Shown here: positions 1 through 9,943 of the stretch, one piece after another | Numbering within the stretch: the stretch's first letter is position 1 | Layout of the letters: every line of letters starts with the position of its first letter | IMG/VR virus record: IMGVR_UViG_3300049008_000030 | Location: 1 to 54,112 of that record | Origin: a virus | Taxonomy: Duplodnaviria > Caudoviricetes | Strand: one strand, 5' to 3' | DNA: 54,112 nucleotides | The notes under the pieces: generated by a model | Seen by the model: only the letters and a program-made list of their open reading frames with translations | What the model was told of the DNA's origin: nothing | The model's database searches: none | Position numbers and translations under genes: made by a program

Positions 1-23
1 ATAATAATAGTGGATTTTTAATA

Positions 24-530
24 ATGAAAAGAACAATACATTTTAATAAAGAAACAGGTTTAGTTAACTATCTTTCAGATGATGTTAAAGAAGATTTATA
101 CATTGATGGTGGTGAGGCTAATGGTAGTATAACTATACAAGGTTATGATAATTGGGTAATAGGAGATATTTTAACTACTTTGCACTGGACTGGTAGTGAA
201 GTAGGAGTACATGCTGCTCAGCCAGATAAAGATTATGTTTGGGATAAAACTACTTTTAGTTATGTATTACCTGATAACTATTTAGATACCTTAAAAACGA
301 CAAATACAGTTGAAGTTAATAGACTTGCATGGGATAAGATAACCGTAATCTACCCACTATATAAACAGCTTAACGTAGCGAGAACATCTGAAGCGGGAGC
401 AATGAATACGTGGATAGACAGCATCAGAGCTTTGGCTCAAACAGCTAAATTAGCTATAAGCGTAGCTCCTTCTATCATTGAGATAAGAGTGGCTATCACC
501 ACCTTTACCGATAATTTACAGTTAGCTTGA
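24..530 (+). CDS. Hypothetical phage protein, possibly tail-fibre assembly/chaperone-like
   Basis: 168-aa ORF just upstream of portal; C-terminal half loosely resembles tail-associated proteins. Confidence 0.35.
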   Translation: MKRTIHFNKETGLVNYLSDDVKEDLYIDGGEANGSITIQGYDNWVIGDILTTLHWTGSEVGVHAAQPDKDYVWDKTTFSYVLPDNYLDTLKTTNTVEVNRLAWDKITVIYPLYKQLNVARTSEAGAMNTWIDSIRALAQTAKLAISVAPSIIEIRVAITTFTDNLQLA

Positions 531-558
531 TCAAACTAATCCTAACAGGAAAAAAAGT

Positions 559-2718
559 ATGGAAAAATCAGAAGAACAAGAACTACAAGATAACTACTTG
601 GAAGAGTCTGAAGAGGGAAGTCAGCATAAGCCAATGGTTGACTGGAAGAATCCACCCAAAGTAGGTGATCTAAATCAAGACTACATTGATGCTAAACAAG
701 ATCATTCCATGCAACAAGCTAGGATATATCGCTGGCTAGATAACCTGAATGTGACTGGATCAGCCAGAGTAAAGAAGTTACCCGGTAGAAGTAGCCATGT
801 ACCTAAGCTAATTCGTAAGCAAGCTGAATGGCGCTATGCCTCTTTAAGCGAGCCATTCTTAAGTACTGAAGACATTTTCACAGTATCGCCGGTTACTTTT
901 GAAGATAAGAAAGGTGCAATACAGAATGAGTTGATCTTAAATAACCAGTTCAATACCAAATTATCTAAAGTAAGATTCATTGATGAGTTCGTTAGGACCG
1001 TAGTAGACGAGGGTACAGTGATTATCCGTACTGGTTGGAAGTACCGTGAGGAAGTCATTCAGATTGACGTACCTGTTTATAGTTATGAGCCTACCCAAGA
1101 TCCACAGGCTCTACAGCTACTACAGAGTGTCCACGAAGCTAGTCAGTCTGATCCACAAGCGTTTGCCAGTGTACCGGAAGAGCTTAAGCAAGCCTTGGTT
1201 ATTACGATAGCACACGGTATTCCCGTTGCTCCTATCCTGACAGGTTATAAGAAGGAAGACCAAACCAAGGTGACGGCTAATCATCCTACGGCTGATATAT
1301 GTAGGTTTAGTGACGTGGTAATAGATCCTACTTGCATGGGTGATCTGCGTAAAGCTGGTTTTGTTATTTATAGCTTCGAGACTTCTATTTCTGAACTAGA
1401 GAAAGATGGGATCTATCATAATTTGGATCGTATTACAGTATCTGATCATTCTCCGTTAATGGAGCCAGACTATATCAGTGATGTTAATACTAACTTTAGA
1501 TTCAAAGATAAACCCAGACAAAAGTTAGTGGTAAAAGAGTACTGGGGTTTCTGGGATATTCACGATACAGGTATCGTTCAACCTATCGTAGCCTCCTATG
1601 TAGGTGACACGATGATTAGGATGGAAGAGAATCCCTACCCAGATAAAGAGTTACCTTTTATCATTGTTCAGTACTTACCCGTTAAGAAATCAGTCTATGG
1701 TGAACCTGATGGTGAGTTATTAGAAGAGAACCAAAAGATTATTGGTGCTGTTACTAGAGGTATGCTTGATGTTATGGGTCGAGGTGCTAATGGACAAACA
1801 GGTATACGTAAGGATGCCTTAGACGTAGTGAATAAGCGTAAGTTTGCTAAGGGGGATGACTACGAATTTAATTCTAATGTTGATCCAAGACAAGCTTTCC
1901 ACATGCACACCTATTCAGAGATTCCACAGTCTGCTGGAACTATTCTACAGATGCAGAATGCTGAAGCAGAGTCACTGACAGGCATTAAAGCATTCTCCAA
2001 TGGCATTAGTGGGGCAGCTCTAGGAAACACCGCTACAGGCATCAGAAGTGCTTTAGATGCTTCATCTAAGCGTGAGCTAGGTATCCTGAGAAGATTGGCT
2101 GAAGGTATTACCCACATGGGTAGAAAGTTCATTAGCATGAATGCAGAGTTCTTATCTGAAGAAGAAGTGGTTAGGGTTTCTAATGCGGAGTTTGTTCCGG
2201 TTAGAAGAGATGATCTTTCTGGTGACTTTGATTTGAAATTATCTATTAGCACTGCTGAAGAAGATAACCATAAAGCAGAAGAACTGTCTTTCTTGTTACA
2301 GACGACTGCACAGTCTAGTGATCCTGAAGAAGTTAGAATGATTCGTGCAGAGATTGCTAGATTAAGAAAGATGCCTGACTTGGCTAAACGTATTGAAGAG
2401 TATCAACCCAAAAAAGATCCATTAGCAGAGAAGGAAGCTGAGTTAAGGATTCAATTATTAGAGGCACAGGTACAGACTGAGAGAGCTAAAACACAAAGTC
2501 ATGGTGCTACTGCTGTATTGGATCAAGCTAGGGCTGCAACTGAGCAAGCTAAAGTAAGGCATTATAATAGTTCTTCTGATCTTAAAGACTTAGAGTTTGT
2601 AGAAACCGATACCGGCACTACACAAGAACGTAAGTTACAACAGTCAGGCGCACAAGCAAGAAGTAATATGGATCTGGAAATGCTTAAGCATCACTTGGGT
2701 CAGAAGACTACTGCATAA
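559..2718 (+). CDS. Portal protein (N4 gp59-like)
   Basis: 719 aa; PKLIRKQAEWRY, EYWG, NPYPD...PF and AESLTG motifs of N4-like portals; synteny. Confidence 0.93.
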   Translation: MEKSEEQELQDNYLEESEEGSQHKPMVDWKNPPKVGDLNQDYIDAKQDHSMQQARIYRWLDNLNVTGSARVKKLPGRSSHVPKLIRKQAEWRYASLSEPFLSTEDIFTVSPVTFEDKKGAIQNELILNNQFNTKLSKVRFIDEFVRTVVDEGTVIIRTGWKYREEVIQIDVPVYSYEPTQDPQALQLLQSVHEASQSDPQAFASVPEELKQALVITIAHGIPVAPILTGYKKEDQTKVTANHPTADICRFSDVVIDPTCMGDLRKAGFVIYSFETSISELEKDGIYHNLDRITVSDHSPLMEPDYISDVNTNFRFKDKPRQKLVVKEYWGFWDIHDTGIVQPIVASYVGDTMIRMEENPYPDKELPFIIVQYLPVKKSVYGEPDGELLEENQKIIGAVTRGMLDVMGRGANGQTGIRKDALDVVNKRKFAKGDDYEFNSNVDPRQAFHMHTYSEIPQSAGTILQMQNAEAESLTGIKAFSNGISGAALGNTATGIRSALDASSKRELGILRRLAEGITHMGRKFISMNAEFLSEEEVVRVSNAEFVPVRRDDLSGDFDLKLSISTAEEDNHKAEELSFLLQTTAQSSDPEEVRMIRAEIARLRKMPDLAKRIEEYQPKKDPLAEKEAELRIQLLEAQVQTERAKTQSHGATAVLDQARAATEQAKVRHYNSSSDLKDLEFVETDTGTTQERKLQQSGAQARSNMDLEMLKHHLGQKTTA

Positions 2719-2851
2719 GTATATGTAAGACTATACTTATATAGTATAGAAGTGTATTATACCGTCTAGGTCAGCTGAGTTTGGCTGTTAGATACTTTTA
2801 ATCATCTCAGTAACTTCCAAGTAAGTTACGAGGACACAAGCGAGGATAGTC

Positions 2852-3184
2852 ATGTCACACATTGAAGAAGTAGAAATTGGTATTGAGCAAGCTAGAGCAA
2901 TGATTTCTAGGGCAACTGCGTTAGCTAATCTGTTTAGCAATAAGGATTTTAAATTGGTTATTACAGAAGGCTACTTAAAAGAAGAAGCCGTTAGACTGGT
3001 ATTGCTAAAAGCTGATCCAAGTACATCTAGTGAAGAAATGCAAGATAGCATTGCTGATGGTATTACTGCTATTGGCCACTTCAATCAGTATTTAAGAACC
3101 ATACAAGCACTAGGAAGTATGGCTGCTAAGTCTCTTGGTGAATACGAAGACTTACGTACTGAACTATTAGACGAGGGTGAGTAA
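2852..3184 (+). CDS. Conserved N4-like protein (gp58 position)
   Basis: 110 aa, GAGGA RBS; N.DFK.VI.EGY...EAVRLV motif; between portal and scaffold-like gene. Confidence 0.7.
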   Translation: MSHIEEVEIGIEQARAMISRATALANLFSNKDFKLVITEGYLKEEAVRLVLLKADPSTSSEEMQDSIADGITAIGHFNQYLRTIQALGSMAAKSLGEYEDLRTELLDEGE

Positions 3185-4272
3185 TGGCTTTAGATACTGA
3201 AGTACAAGCTGATGACTTAGATTATCTATCTATGTCCGATGATGACTTAGGGGAGTATCCAGAAGATACCCTAGCCCAAGAAGCTGATGAAGCTGAGATT
3301 GGTTTTACTGGTGAAGTTGAAGTAGCAGGAGCAAGGCCTGCTACAGACGAAGAGACTGAAGCTGCTGCTGAAGTAGATGGAGATTCTGTAGAAGGTCCTG
3401 AAGAGGAGTCTGAAGAAGAAGGGGATGACGAAGCAGAAGAGTCCTCAGAGTCTACAGAGTTAGACTTTGCAGAAGAGTTTAAGAAACTTACCGCACCATT
3501 TAAAGCTAATGGTAAGAACATGCAGATCAACACTGTTGATGAAGCTAGAACCTTGATGATGATGGGTGCTAACTACAACAAGAAGATGGCCGGTTTAAAA
3601 CCGTCTCTGCGTATCTTAAAGACGCTGGAGAACAACGGTCTTCTTGATGAAGACAAATTAAATTACTTGATTGACCTCGATAAAAAAGATCCTGGTGCAA
3701 TCAATAAACTAATGAAGGACAGTGGTATTAATCCACTGGACTTAGAAGAAGACGGTGCTAGTGCTTATAAGCCCAAAGCTTACAATGCTACCAATAGAGA
3801 AGTGGAACTTGATTCTGTACTCGATGACATTCGAGATACACCTACATTTAAAGACACTATTGATATTGTTGGTAATAAGTGGGACGACAGTAGCAGGAGG
3901 GTTTTAGTAGAAAACCCGTCTATCATTAAAGTGATCAATGATCATGTCTCGGCAGGGATATTTGAGCAAATCACAACTAAGATAGAAAAAGAAAGAATGC
4001 TAGGAAAACTGAATGGTGTATCTGACATTGAAGCCTATAAACAAATAGGTGACTTAATGCAGTCTGCGGGTGAGTTTAATGCTAAGAAAGCAGAGGTAGT
4101 ACTCCCAACTATTCAGGCTACGCCTGTACAGAAGGCTTCAAATATTGATAAGAAACGGGCAGCAGCCTCCACTGTTAAGACGGGTAGATCACCTAAGTCT
4201 AATCAAGAGTTTAATCCCTTGGCTTTGTCTGATGAAGAGTTCGCTAAATTATCTGAGAGTAATTTCTCTTAG
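3184..4272 (+). CDS. N4 gp57-like protein (often annotated tape measure; probable scaffold)
   Basis: Acidic N-terminus, PFKANGK and MGANY.KKM motifs; directly before capsid gene. Confidence 0.8.
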   Translation: MALDTEVQADDLDYLSMSDDDLGEYPEDTLAQEADEAEIGFTGEVEVAGARPATDEETEAAAEVDGDSVEGPEEESEEEGDDEAEESSESTELDFAEEFKKLTAPFKANGKNMQINTVDEARTLMMMGANYNKKMAGLKPSLRILKTLENNGLLDEDKLNYLIDLDKKDPGAINKLMKDSGINPLDLEEDGASAYKPKAYNATNREVELDSVLDDIRDTPTFKDTIDIVGNKWDDSSRRVLVENPSIIKVINDHVSAGIFEQITTKIEKERMLGKLNGVSDIEAYKQIGDLMQSAGEFNAKKAEVVLPTIQATPVQKASNIDKKRAAASTVKTGRSPKSNQEFNPLALSDEEFAKLSESNFS

Positions 4273-4303
4273 ACCATGCAAATTTATTTAGGAATGATAT
4301 AAC

Positions 4304-5779
4304 ATGCCTTTAACTTATAATGCACCCGTAACAGGTGCGCAGACTGGTACACCTTCTACTGTTGGTACGCAAATTCGTACTGATTTTTATCAAAAGAAAG
4401 CGTTAATTGAAGCACGTAAATTACAGTTCTTCGGTCAGTTGGCTGATGTGACTGCTATGCCCAAGAATATGGGGAAGACTATTAAGCTTTTCCATTACTT
4501 ACCTATGCTCGATGATGCCAACATCAATGATCAAGGTATTGACGCTGCGGGTCTTAGTGTTGCTAATGAAGTAACTATTACCGTGAGTGGTCCTAATGTT
4601 AATGGTGATGCAGGTAAAGGTTCACCTATCTACTTCGCAGGTACTGGCACTGATGCTGCTACTGCTTTGACTGCTGCTCAAGCTCTTGTTGTTGCATGGG
4701 CATTGAAAGCTAAAACAGTGGGTGGTTTAGGTCTAACTGCTGGAACAACTTATGCTGTGTTATCTGTTACAGGTGCTACTACTGTTTCTGCTTATGCACT
4801 AGGCTACCGCTTTGTAGCAGGTACTGCTGTTAATAGTACAGGTAACTTGTATGGATCATCTAAAGACGTTGGAATCATCACAGGTAAGTTACCTCTGATT
4901 GGTGAGTCAGGTGGACGTGTAAACCGTGTTGGCTTTAAACGTGTTTCTATTGAAGCTACTTTACAAAAAATGGGTTTCTTTGATGAGTATACTCAAGACT
5001 CTTTAGACTTTGATACTGATTCTGAATTGTCTATGCACATCAACCGTGAGATGCTGAATGGCGCTCAAGAGTTGACTGAAGATGCTTTACAGATTGATTT
5101 ATTAAATGCTGCGGGTGTTATTCGTTACGGTGGTATTGCTACGTCTACGGCTACAATTTCTGGAGAAACAACCCTAGGTACTTCTGTATCAACGATTAGC
5201 TATAACGACTTAATGCGTTTGGAAATTGACTTAGACAACAACCGTTGCCCTAAAGCGACTACGATTATCTCTGGTACTCGTATGGTTGATACTAAAACTG
5301 TTCCTGCTACACGTTATATGTACGTTGGCTCTGAATTGGTTCCAATGATTAAGTCTATGGTTGACCCGTTCAATCAACAAGCCTTCATTCCATCACATAA
5401 ATATGCTGATGCAGGTAACGTAGTTAACGGTGAGATCGGTAAACTAAGTGGTTTCACTATCATCGTAGTTCCTGAAATGCTGCGGTGGGAAGGTGCTGGT
5501 GCTACAGTAGTTTCTAACGCTGGCTACCGTGAATCTTCTGGTAAGTACGATGTATATCCAATGCTGGTTGTTGGTAGTGGATCATTTACTACTGTTGGTT
5601 TCCAAACTGATGGTAAATCTGTGAAGTTTACAATCTACAACAAGAAACCTGGTGAAGGTAATGCAACTACAGCTGATCCTTATGGTGAAACTGGTTTCAT
5701 GTCTATCAAGTGGTTCTATGCAACTATGATCTTGCGTCCTGAGCGTATTGCTCTGATCAAGACCCTAGCTAAATGGTAA
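4304..5779 (+). CDS. Major capsid protein (N4 gp56 family) with ~90-aa insertion
   Basis: MPKNMGKTIK, NDQGIDA, GNLYGSSKD, GGRVNRVGF, DPYGETGF.SIKW, LRPERIA motifs. Confidence 0.96.
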   Translation: MPLTYNAPVTGAQTGTPSTVGTQIRTDFYQKKALIEARKLQFFGQLADVTAMPKNMGKTIKLFHYLPMLDDANINDQGIDAAGLSVANEVTITVSGPNVNGDAGKGSPIYFAGTGTDAATALTAAQALVVAWALKAKTVGGLGLTAGTTYAVLSVTGATTVSAYALGYRFVAGTAVNSTGNLYGSSKDVGIITGKLPLIGESGGRVNRVGFKRVSIEATLQKMGFFDEYTQDSLDFDTDSELSMHINREMLNGAQELTEDALQIDLLNAAGVIRYGGIATSTATISGETTLGTSVSTISYNDLMRLEIDLDNNRCPKATTIISGTRMVDTKTVPATRYMYVGSELVPMIKSMVDPFNQQAFIPSHKYADAGNVVNGEIGKLSGFTIIVVPEMLRWEGAGATVVSNAGYRESSGKYDVYPMLVVGSGSFTTVGFQTDGKSVKFTIYNKKPGEGNATTADPYGETGFMSIKWFYATMILRPERIALIKTLAKW

Positions 5780-5793
5780 TTAAGTAAGTCTAT

Positions 5794-5828
5794 TAGCCCC
5801 TCAACCTAACCGTTGGGGGGTTATTTTT
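5794..5828 (+). terminator. Intrinsic terminator after capsid gene
   Basis: TAGCCCCTCAAC/GTTGGGGGGTTA stem followed by T-run. Confidence 0.8.
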
Positions 5829-5913
5829 ACTGTTCCAAGCACAGTAAGCACTTACCTATATTAAATACTATTCCCGTAATTTGCCTGATGAAAATTAACC
5901 TAAGAGAAATACT

Positions 5914-6489
5914 ATGTTTGAAGTAAACCAAGAAGAATTATTTGAAGATGCTCCGAAAGATGAGCTTACCTTATTAAAAGAACGTGCCACCCTTATGGGC
6001 ATCCAATATCATCCTAGTATCGGTTTGGATAAGCTTAGAGAAAAGGTTACGTCTGCTCTTAAAGAGCCTGCTGCAATAGAAGGAGTATTAGTAGAAGCGG
6101 TACAGGAAGTACAAGAAACCGAAGCTCAAGTCCATGCACGTTATCGTAAAGAGGCTTCTGCTTTAATCCGCGTTAGGCTTACCTGTATGAACCCTGCCAA
6201 ACAAAGTTGGGAAGGTGAAATCTTTACAGTAAGTAACAGTGTCATTGGGACCATGAAGAAGTTCATCCCTTTTCATGCAGAAGAGGGTTGGCATATTCCT
6301 CAAGCTCTGCTGAATATGATTCAGGAAAGACAGTACCAAGCTCCCTATACGGAGAGAGGTTCTAAAGGCCAAGAGGTGCGTAAGTTTAAGTTAGTTAAAG
6401 AATTTTCTATTGAAATCTTACCTAACTTGACAGCCAGCGAATTAAAAGACTTGGCTAACCAACAAGCTATTGCTAACCGTATAGGGTAA
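5914..6489 (+). CDS. N4 gp55-like protein
   Basis: LK.RA..MGI.YHPSIG...LREKV and R.R.TCMNP.K..WEGEI motifs; synteny. Confidence 0.8.
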   Translation: MFEVNQEELFEDAPKDELTLLKERATLMGIQYHPSIGLDKLREKVTSALKEPAAIEGVLVEAVQEVQETEAQVHARYRKEASALIRVRLTCMNPAKQSWEGEIFTVSNSVIGTMKKFIPFHAEEGWHIPQALLNMIQERQYQAPYTERGSKGQEVRKFKLVKEFSIEILPNLTASELKDLANQQAIANRIG

Positions 6490-6497
6490 TTAATAAT

Positions 6498-7454
6498 ATG
6501 ACAGCCATAAGCATTACTGAAGTTACAGAAGGCTCTATACAAGGTACAGGAGCCTTTGATAAGATCATGTCTGCTATGCAGATTAGACTTGAAGAAGAGT
6601 TTAGTCAGGGTAGGATTACCGGAGATGACTATGCCAATGTGTATCTAGGAGCCATGACTGCCAGTATGCAACAGGCTGTCGCTTTTTGTTTGGGTAGGCA
6701 GCAGTCTGATGCACAGGCGGAACTTACTAGGGCTACTACCTGCAATACTATTGCTGAGAGCCTAAATATCCCTAAACAAGGTGCTTTACTAGATGCACAA
6801 ACCCTAAATACGATAAAACAAGTTGAGATTGCTACGGCTGAGATTGCGATTAAAACCCAACAAGTATTAGAATCTATTGAAAATGTTTCTATTGCCCGTG
6901 CCAAGTTAGTTAATATTCCTAAAGAGGGATCTTTGCTTGATGCACAAGTATCTAACGCAACTAAACAAGGTTTACTGGTAGATGTACAGAAGGCAGAGGT
7001 AGCTGCTCAGACTTTAGGTATTAACGCTGACATATTGAATAAACCAAAGCAAGGTGCTTTACTGGATCAACAAGTTGTTACTGCTCAAGCTGATGCTATT
7101 AATAAGGTTAGAGAAGGCGCAGTACTGGATAGACAAGCCGATAAGATCCATGCTGAAGAACTATTGCTTAGACATAAAACGATTACTGAGAATGCTCAGT
7201 ATGGTGATAATGTGACAGACATCGTTGGCGTAACTATCCCTGTAACAGGTGTAGTAGGTAAGCAGAAGCTGCTGTATAAAGCACAGACAGATGGTTTCGC
7301 TAGGGATGCTGAACAGAAGCTGGCTAAGATCATGGCTGATACTTGGAACATCCGAAGATCTACTGACAGTGGGTTAACTACTGCGGGTACAGGCTTAGAA
7401 GATACCAGCATTCAGTCTGTAATTGTTAAAGCCAAGTCAGGCATAGGGATTTAG
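6498..7454 (+). CDS. N4 gp54-like structural protein
   Basis: G.G.FD..M......L.EE...GRITG..YA.VY N-terminus and G..GKQ..LY..Q...F.RDAE.K C-terminus. Confidence 0.8.
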   Translation: MTAISITEVTEGSIQGTGAFDKIMSAMQIRLEEEFSQGRITGDDYANVYLGAMTASMQQAVAFCLGRQQSDAQAELTRATTCNTIAESLNIPKQGALLDAQTLNTIKQVEIATAEIAIKTQQVLESIENVSIARAKLVNIPKEGSLLDAQVSNATKQGLLVDVQKAEVAAQTLGINADILNKPKQGALLDQQVVTAQADAINKVREGAVLDRQADKIHAEELLLRHKTITENAQYGDNVTDIVGVTIPVTGVVGKQKLLYKAQTDGFARDAEQKLAKIMADTWNIRRSTDSGLTTAGTGLEDTSIQSVIVKAKSGIGI

Positions 7455-7458
7455 AGTT

Positions 7459-9360
7459 ATGGGGTGGTTTGATGATACTATTACTTATTCAGGTGATATA
7501 TATATTACCCACCTTATTGATAAGCTGCCTGAGAACCCTGTTAAAGCGGCAGTGCGTGAGGCTATACAGAATGACTATGAGATAGTTGATGCTGTATCCT
7601 CTGCTAGACAAAGCACTATGGGAGCTAAGGTCCTGGCTTACTACGATTTTGTAAAAGCTGAATCTATAAAAGTTAACCCTACCTTGCATCTTCCTATATG
7701 CGATTTTCCTTCGCAGTTAGGTGATGTACTACCTATTATTACGATAAGGGAGGATAGAAACAATATACTTAGTAGTGGTATGGCTTCTACGATAGAGGCT
7801 ACTACTAAGGCTCTAAGCAAAATAAATCTGAACTTAACTAGCGTTTCAAATGCGGTAAGTAGGGGCGGTGGAACGGTAAATGATGTTCATGTAATGTTTG
7901 CTGCTAATGTTTATTCTGATACAGATGGGACGGCTGAGTACTTCTTTAGATTATTTAATAAATTGTACGATCCTGTTTACGATGAGCAATGGTGGATGGG
8001 TTTTAAAGCTGTTAAGGCTACTGATTCTTTTGATGCTGCTGCGGCTGTTATAGCAGCTATGAAGGCTGTAGATGCTGCAATAGCTTCTGGAGCTGTTGCT
8101 ACTACTATAGATAGCTTAAGCTTGGATCTAGCTGCTAAGAGAAGCTCTCTTAGTACTATTGTTAGGTCTGTTGATCCTAAAGTAACAACTTGGAACTCTA
8201 ATAATTCTCCTTTGTCTCAAGGATATAAAACATACTACGTTACTAATGGTGGTGAGTACACACAGAACTTTAGTTACTTAACAGTATCAAAAGAAGTTAC
8301 CTTGGGAGTTATTGGGCCAGTAGGGCATTATGTAAAAACCCTTAGAGGTTATAATGCTACTTCTTCTACGGACACTACAAATCTGATTACATTAGATGGC
8401 ACACTACAGCATAATTTCGATTCTGTTTCGGTGTCCAAACAAATAACGCCTACGGTGTATGAAACGTATGCTATGTATGGTATGTCTACGCGCAACCAAA
8501 TTAGGTTTGATGACGGCTCTATGAAATATTTAGCGCATAGTGTTAGCGAAGGTTCTTATGCTACTTTTATAGTTCCATTGTTTACAAACATAACAAAAGA
8601 AATGAGCGATTTTAGTGAAGAGAAGTTTCTTTCCGATAGCTTAATTTTGTATGTGCAGACAGTATCTGAGGAAAAAAGAAAATGGTATCAGTCTTCTTGG
8701 TTCATGTGGCTAGTCATGATTGTAATAATCATTATCATAACAATAGTTACTTGGGGAAGTTGTACTATACAGGCTATTTTACTAGCAGAAGGGTTTATGG
8801 CTGCTGTATATGCAACAGTAATTTCTGTAGCTATAGATATAATTTCAGGTATTGCTCTTTCTTATATCATAAAGGGTGTTATCGCTATCTTAACACCCCT
8901 GATAGGGGCAAAAGCGGCTACTGCACTAACTTTGGTAGCTGTCATAGCTATAACGCTTTATACAGGTTATGGTGATGCTAAGTCTTTGGCTGATCTACCT
9001 TGGGCGGAGGTACTACTGAAAACGAGTGCATCTGTTATAGATATAGCGTCTAGTGTAATGCAGGTTGAAAATAAAGAAGAGCTTTTAAAACTAACTGCTG
9101 AAATAACAGGGTTTGCTTTCTACTCTGATATGGTTAATAAAGAGTTAAAAAAAGGCTGGGATTTACTAGACAGTTCAATAGATAACCTACTGTACAGTAC
9201 AGTCAATTCTGTGCTTCTCGTTAAAGAAACTCCTGATGATTTTTATCAACGGACTATACATCAAGGTAATGTGGGTATGCTGGGCATAAGTGCAGTATCT
9301 GACTATACCCAGAATAAATTAGTACTACCTAAAGAATTTCCTTCTTACCTTACGGCGTAA
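7459..9360 (+). CDS. N4 gp53-like protein with hydrophobic C-terminal segments
   Basis: KWYQSSWF followed by TM-like stretches; ETPDDFY.RT motif; synteny. Confidence 0.7.
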   Translation: MGWFDDTITYSGDIYITHLIDKLPENPVKAAVREAIQNDYEIVDAVSSARQSTMGAKVLAYYDFVKAESIKVNPTLHLPICDFPSQLGDVLPIITIREDRNNILSSGMASTIEATTKALSKINLNLTSVSNAVSRGGGTVNDVHVMFAANVYSDTDGTAEYFFRLFNKLYDPVYDEQWWMGFKAVKATDSFDAAAAVIAAMKAVDAAIASGAVATTIDSLSLDLAAKRSSLSTIVRSVDPKVTTWNSNNSPLSQGYKTYYVTNGGEYTQNFSYLTVSKEVTLGVIGPVGHYVKTLRGYNATSSTDTTNLITLDGTLQHNFDSVSVSKQITPTVYETYAMYGMSTRNQIRFDDGSMKYLAHSVSEGSYATFIVPLFTNITKEMSDFSEEKFLSDSLILYVQTVSEEKRKWYQSSWFMWLVMIVIIIIITIVTWGSCTIQAILLAEGFMAAVYATVISVAIDIISGIALSYIIKGVIAILTPLIGAKAATALTLVAVIAITLYTGYGDAKSLADLPWAEVLLKTSASVIDIASSVMQVENKEELLKLTAEITGFAFYSDMVNKELKKGWDLLDSSIDNLLYSTVNSVLLVKETPDDFYQRTIHQGNVGMLGISAVSDYTQNKLVLPKEFPSYLTA

Positions 9361-9430
9361 ATAATATGGCTACGCTACTACAAACTAAAGAACTTACTAC
9401 ATTACTACTTAACATAGGATAAAAAATATT

Positions 9431-9934
9431 ATGGGACAATCTATCTGGGATAGTTTAGGTAACTTTAAAACTAACAACTATGACTCTTTCGGGGCTGGTA
9501 CATTAGGTTCTTCGGCAGGGCAGGGTGGTATCGGTGGTCTTAATACTTTCGGTAGCGGTTATCTTAAATCACCACTATCGGAAAATCCAGAGGGTTTCGG
9601 TACGTTTGGTTTGAATAGTGCAGGTGGACCACCAGCAAAGGGTTTTGATACCCTTGGCTGGTTTGGGGCTGGCGCTCAAGGTCTATCAGCATTGGGTTCC
9701 TTACTACAAGCCTATAATGGCTCTAAGCAAGTAAAACTAGGTAGAGATAGTTTTAATTTTCAAAAGAGTGCTTATAATCAAGACTCCGCTAACCAAGCAA
9801 AGATGGTCAACTCTGAGTTGCAAGACAGACAGCAATCCAGAATATCCAGTACTGGTAATAACAATGCAAATGGTGTGTATGATTCTCTTGGATCATACAT
9901 GGATCGAAACAGAGTAACAGTAAACCCAATCTAA
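9431..9934 (+). CDS. N4 gp52-like virion/ejection protein
   Basis: Gly-rich, Cys-free, NQAK..N..L.DRQ..R motif; synteny. Confidence 0.7.
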   Translation: MGQSIWDSLGNFKTNNYDSFGAGTLGSSAGQGGIGGLNTFGSGYLKSPLSENPEGFGTFGLNSAGGPPAKGFDTLGWFGAGAQGLSALGSLLQAYNGSKQVKLGRDSFNFQKSAYNQDSANQAKMVNSELQDRQQSRISSTGNNNANGVYDSLGSYMDRNRVTVNPI

Positions 9935-9943
9935 GGAACTATT

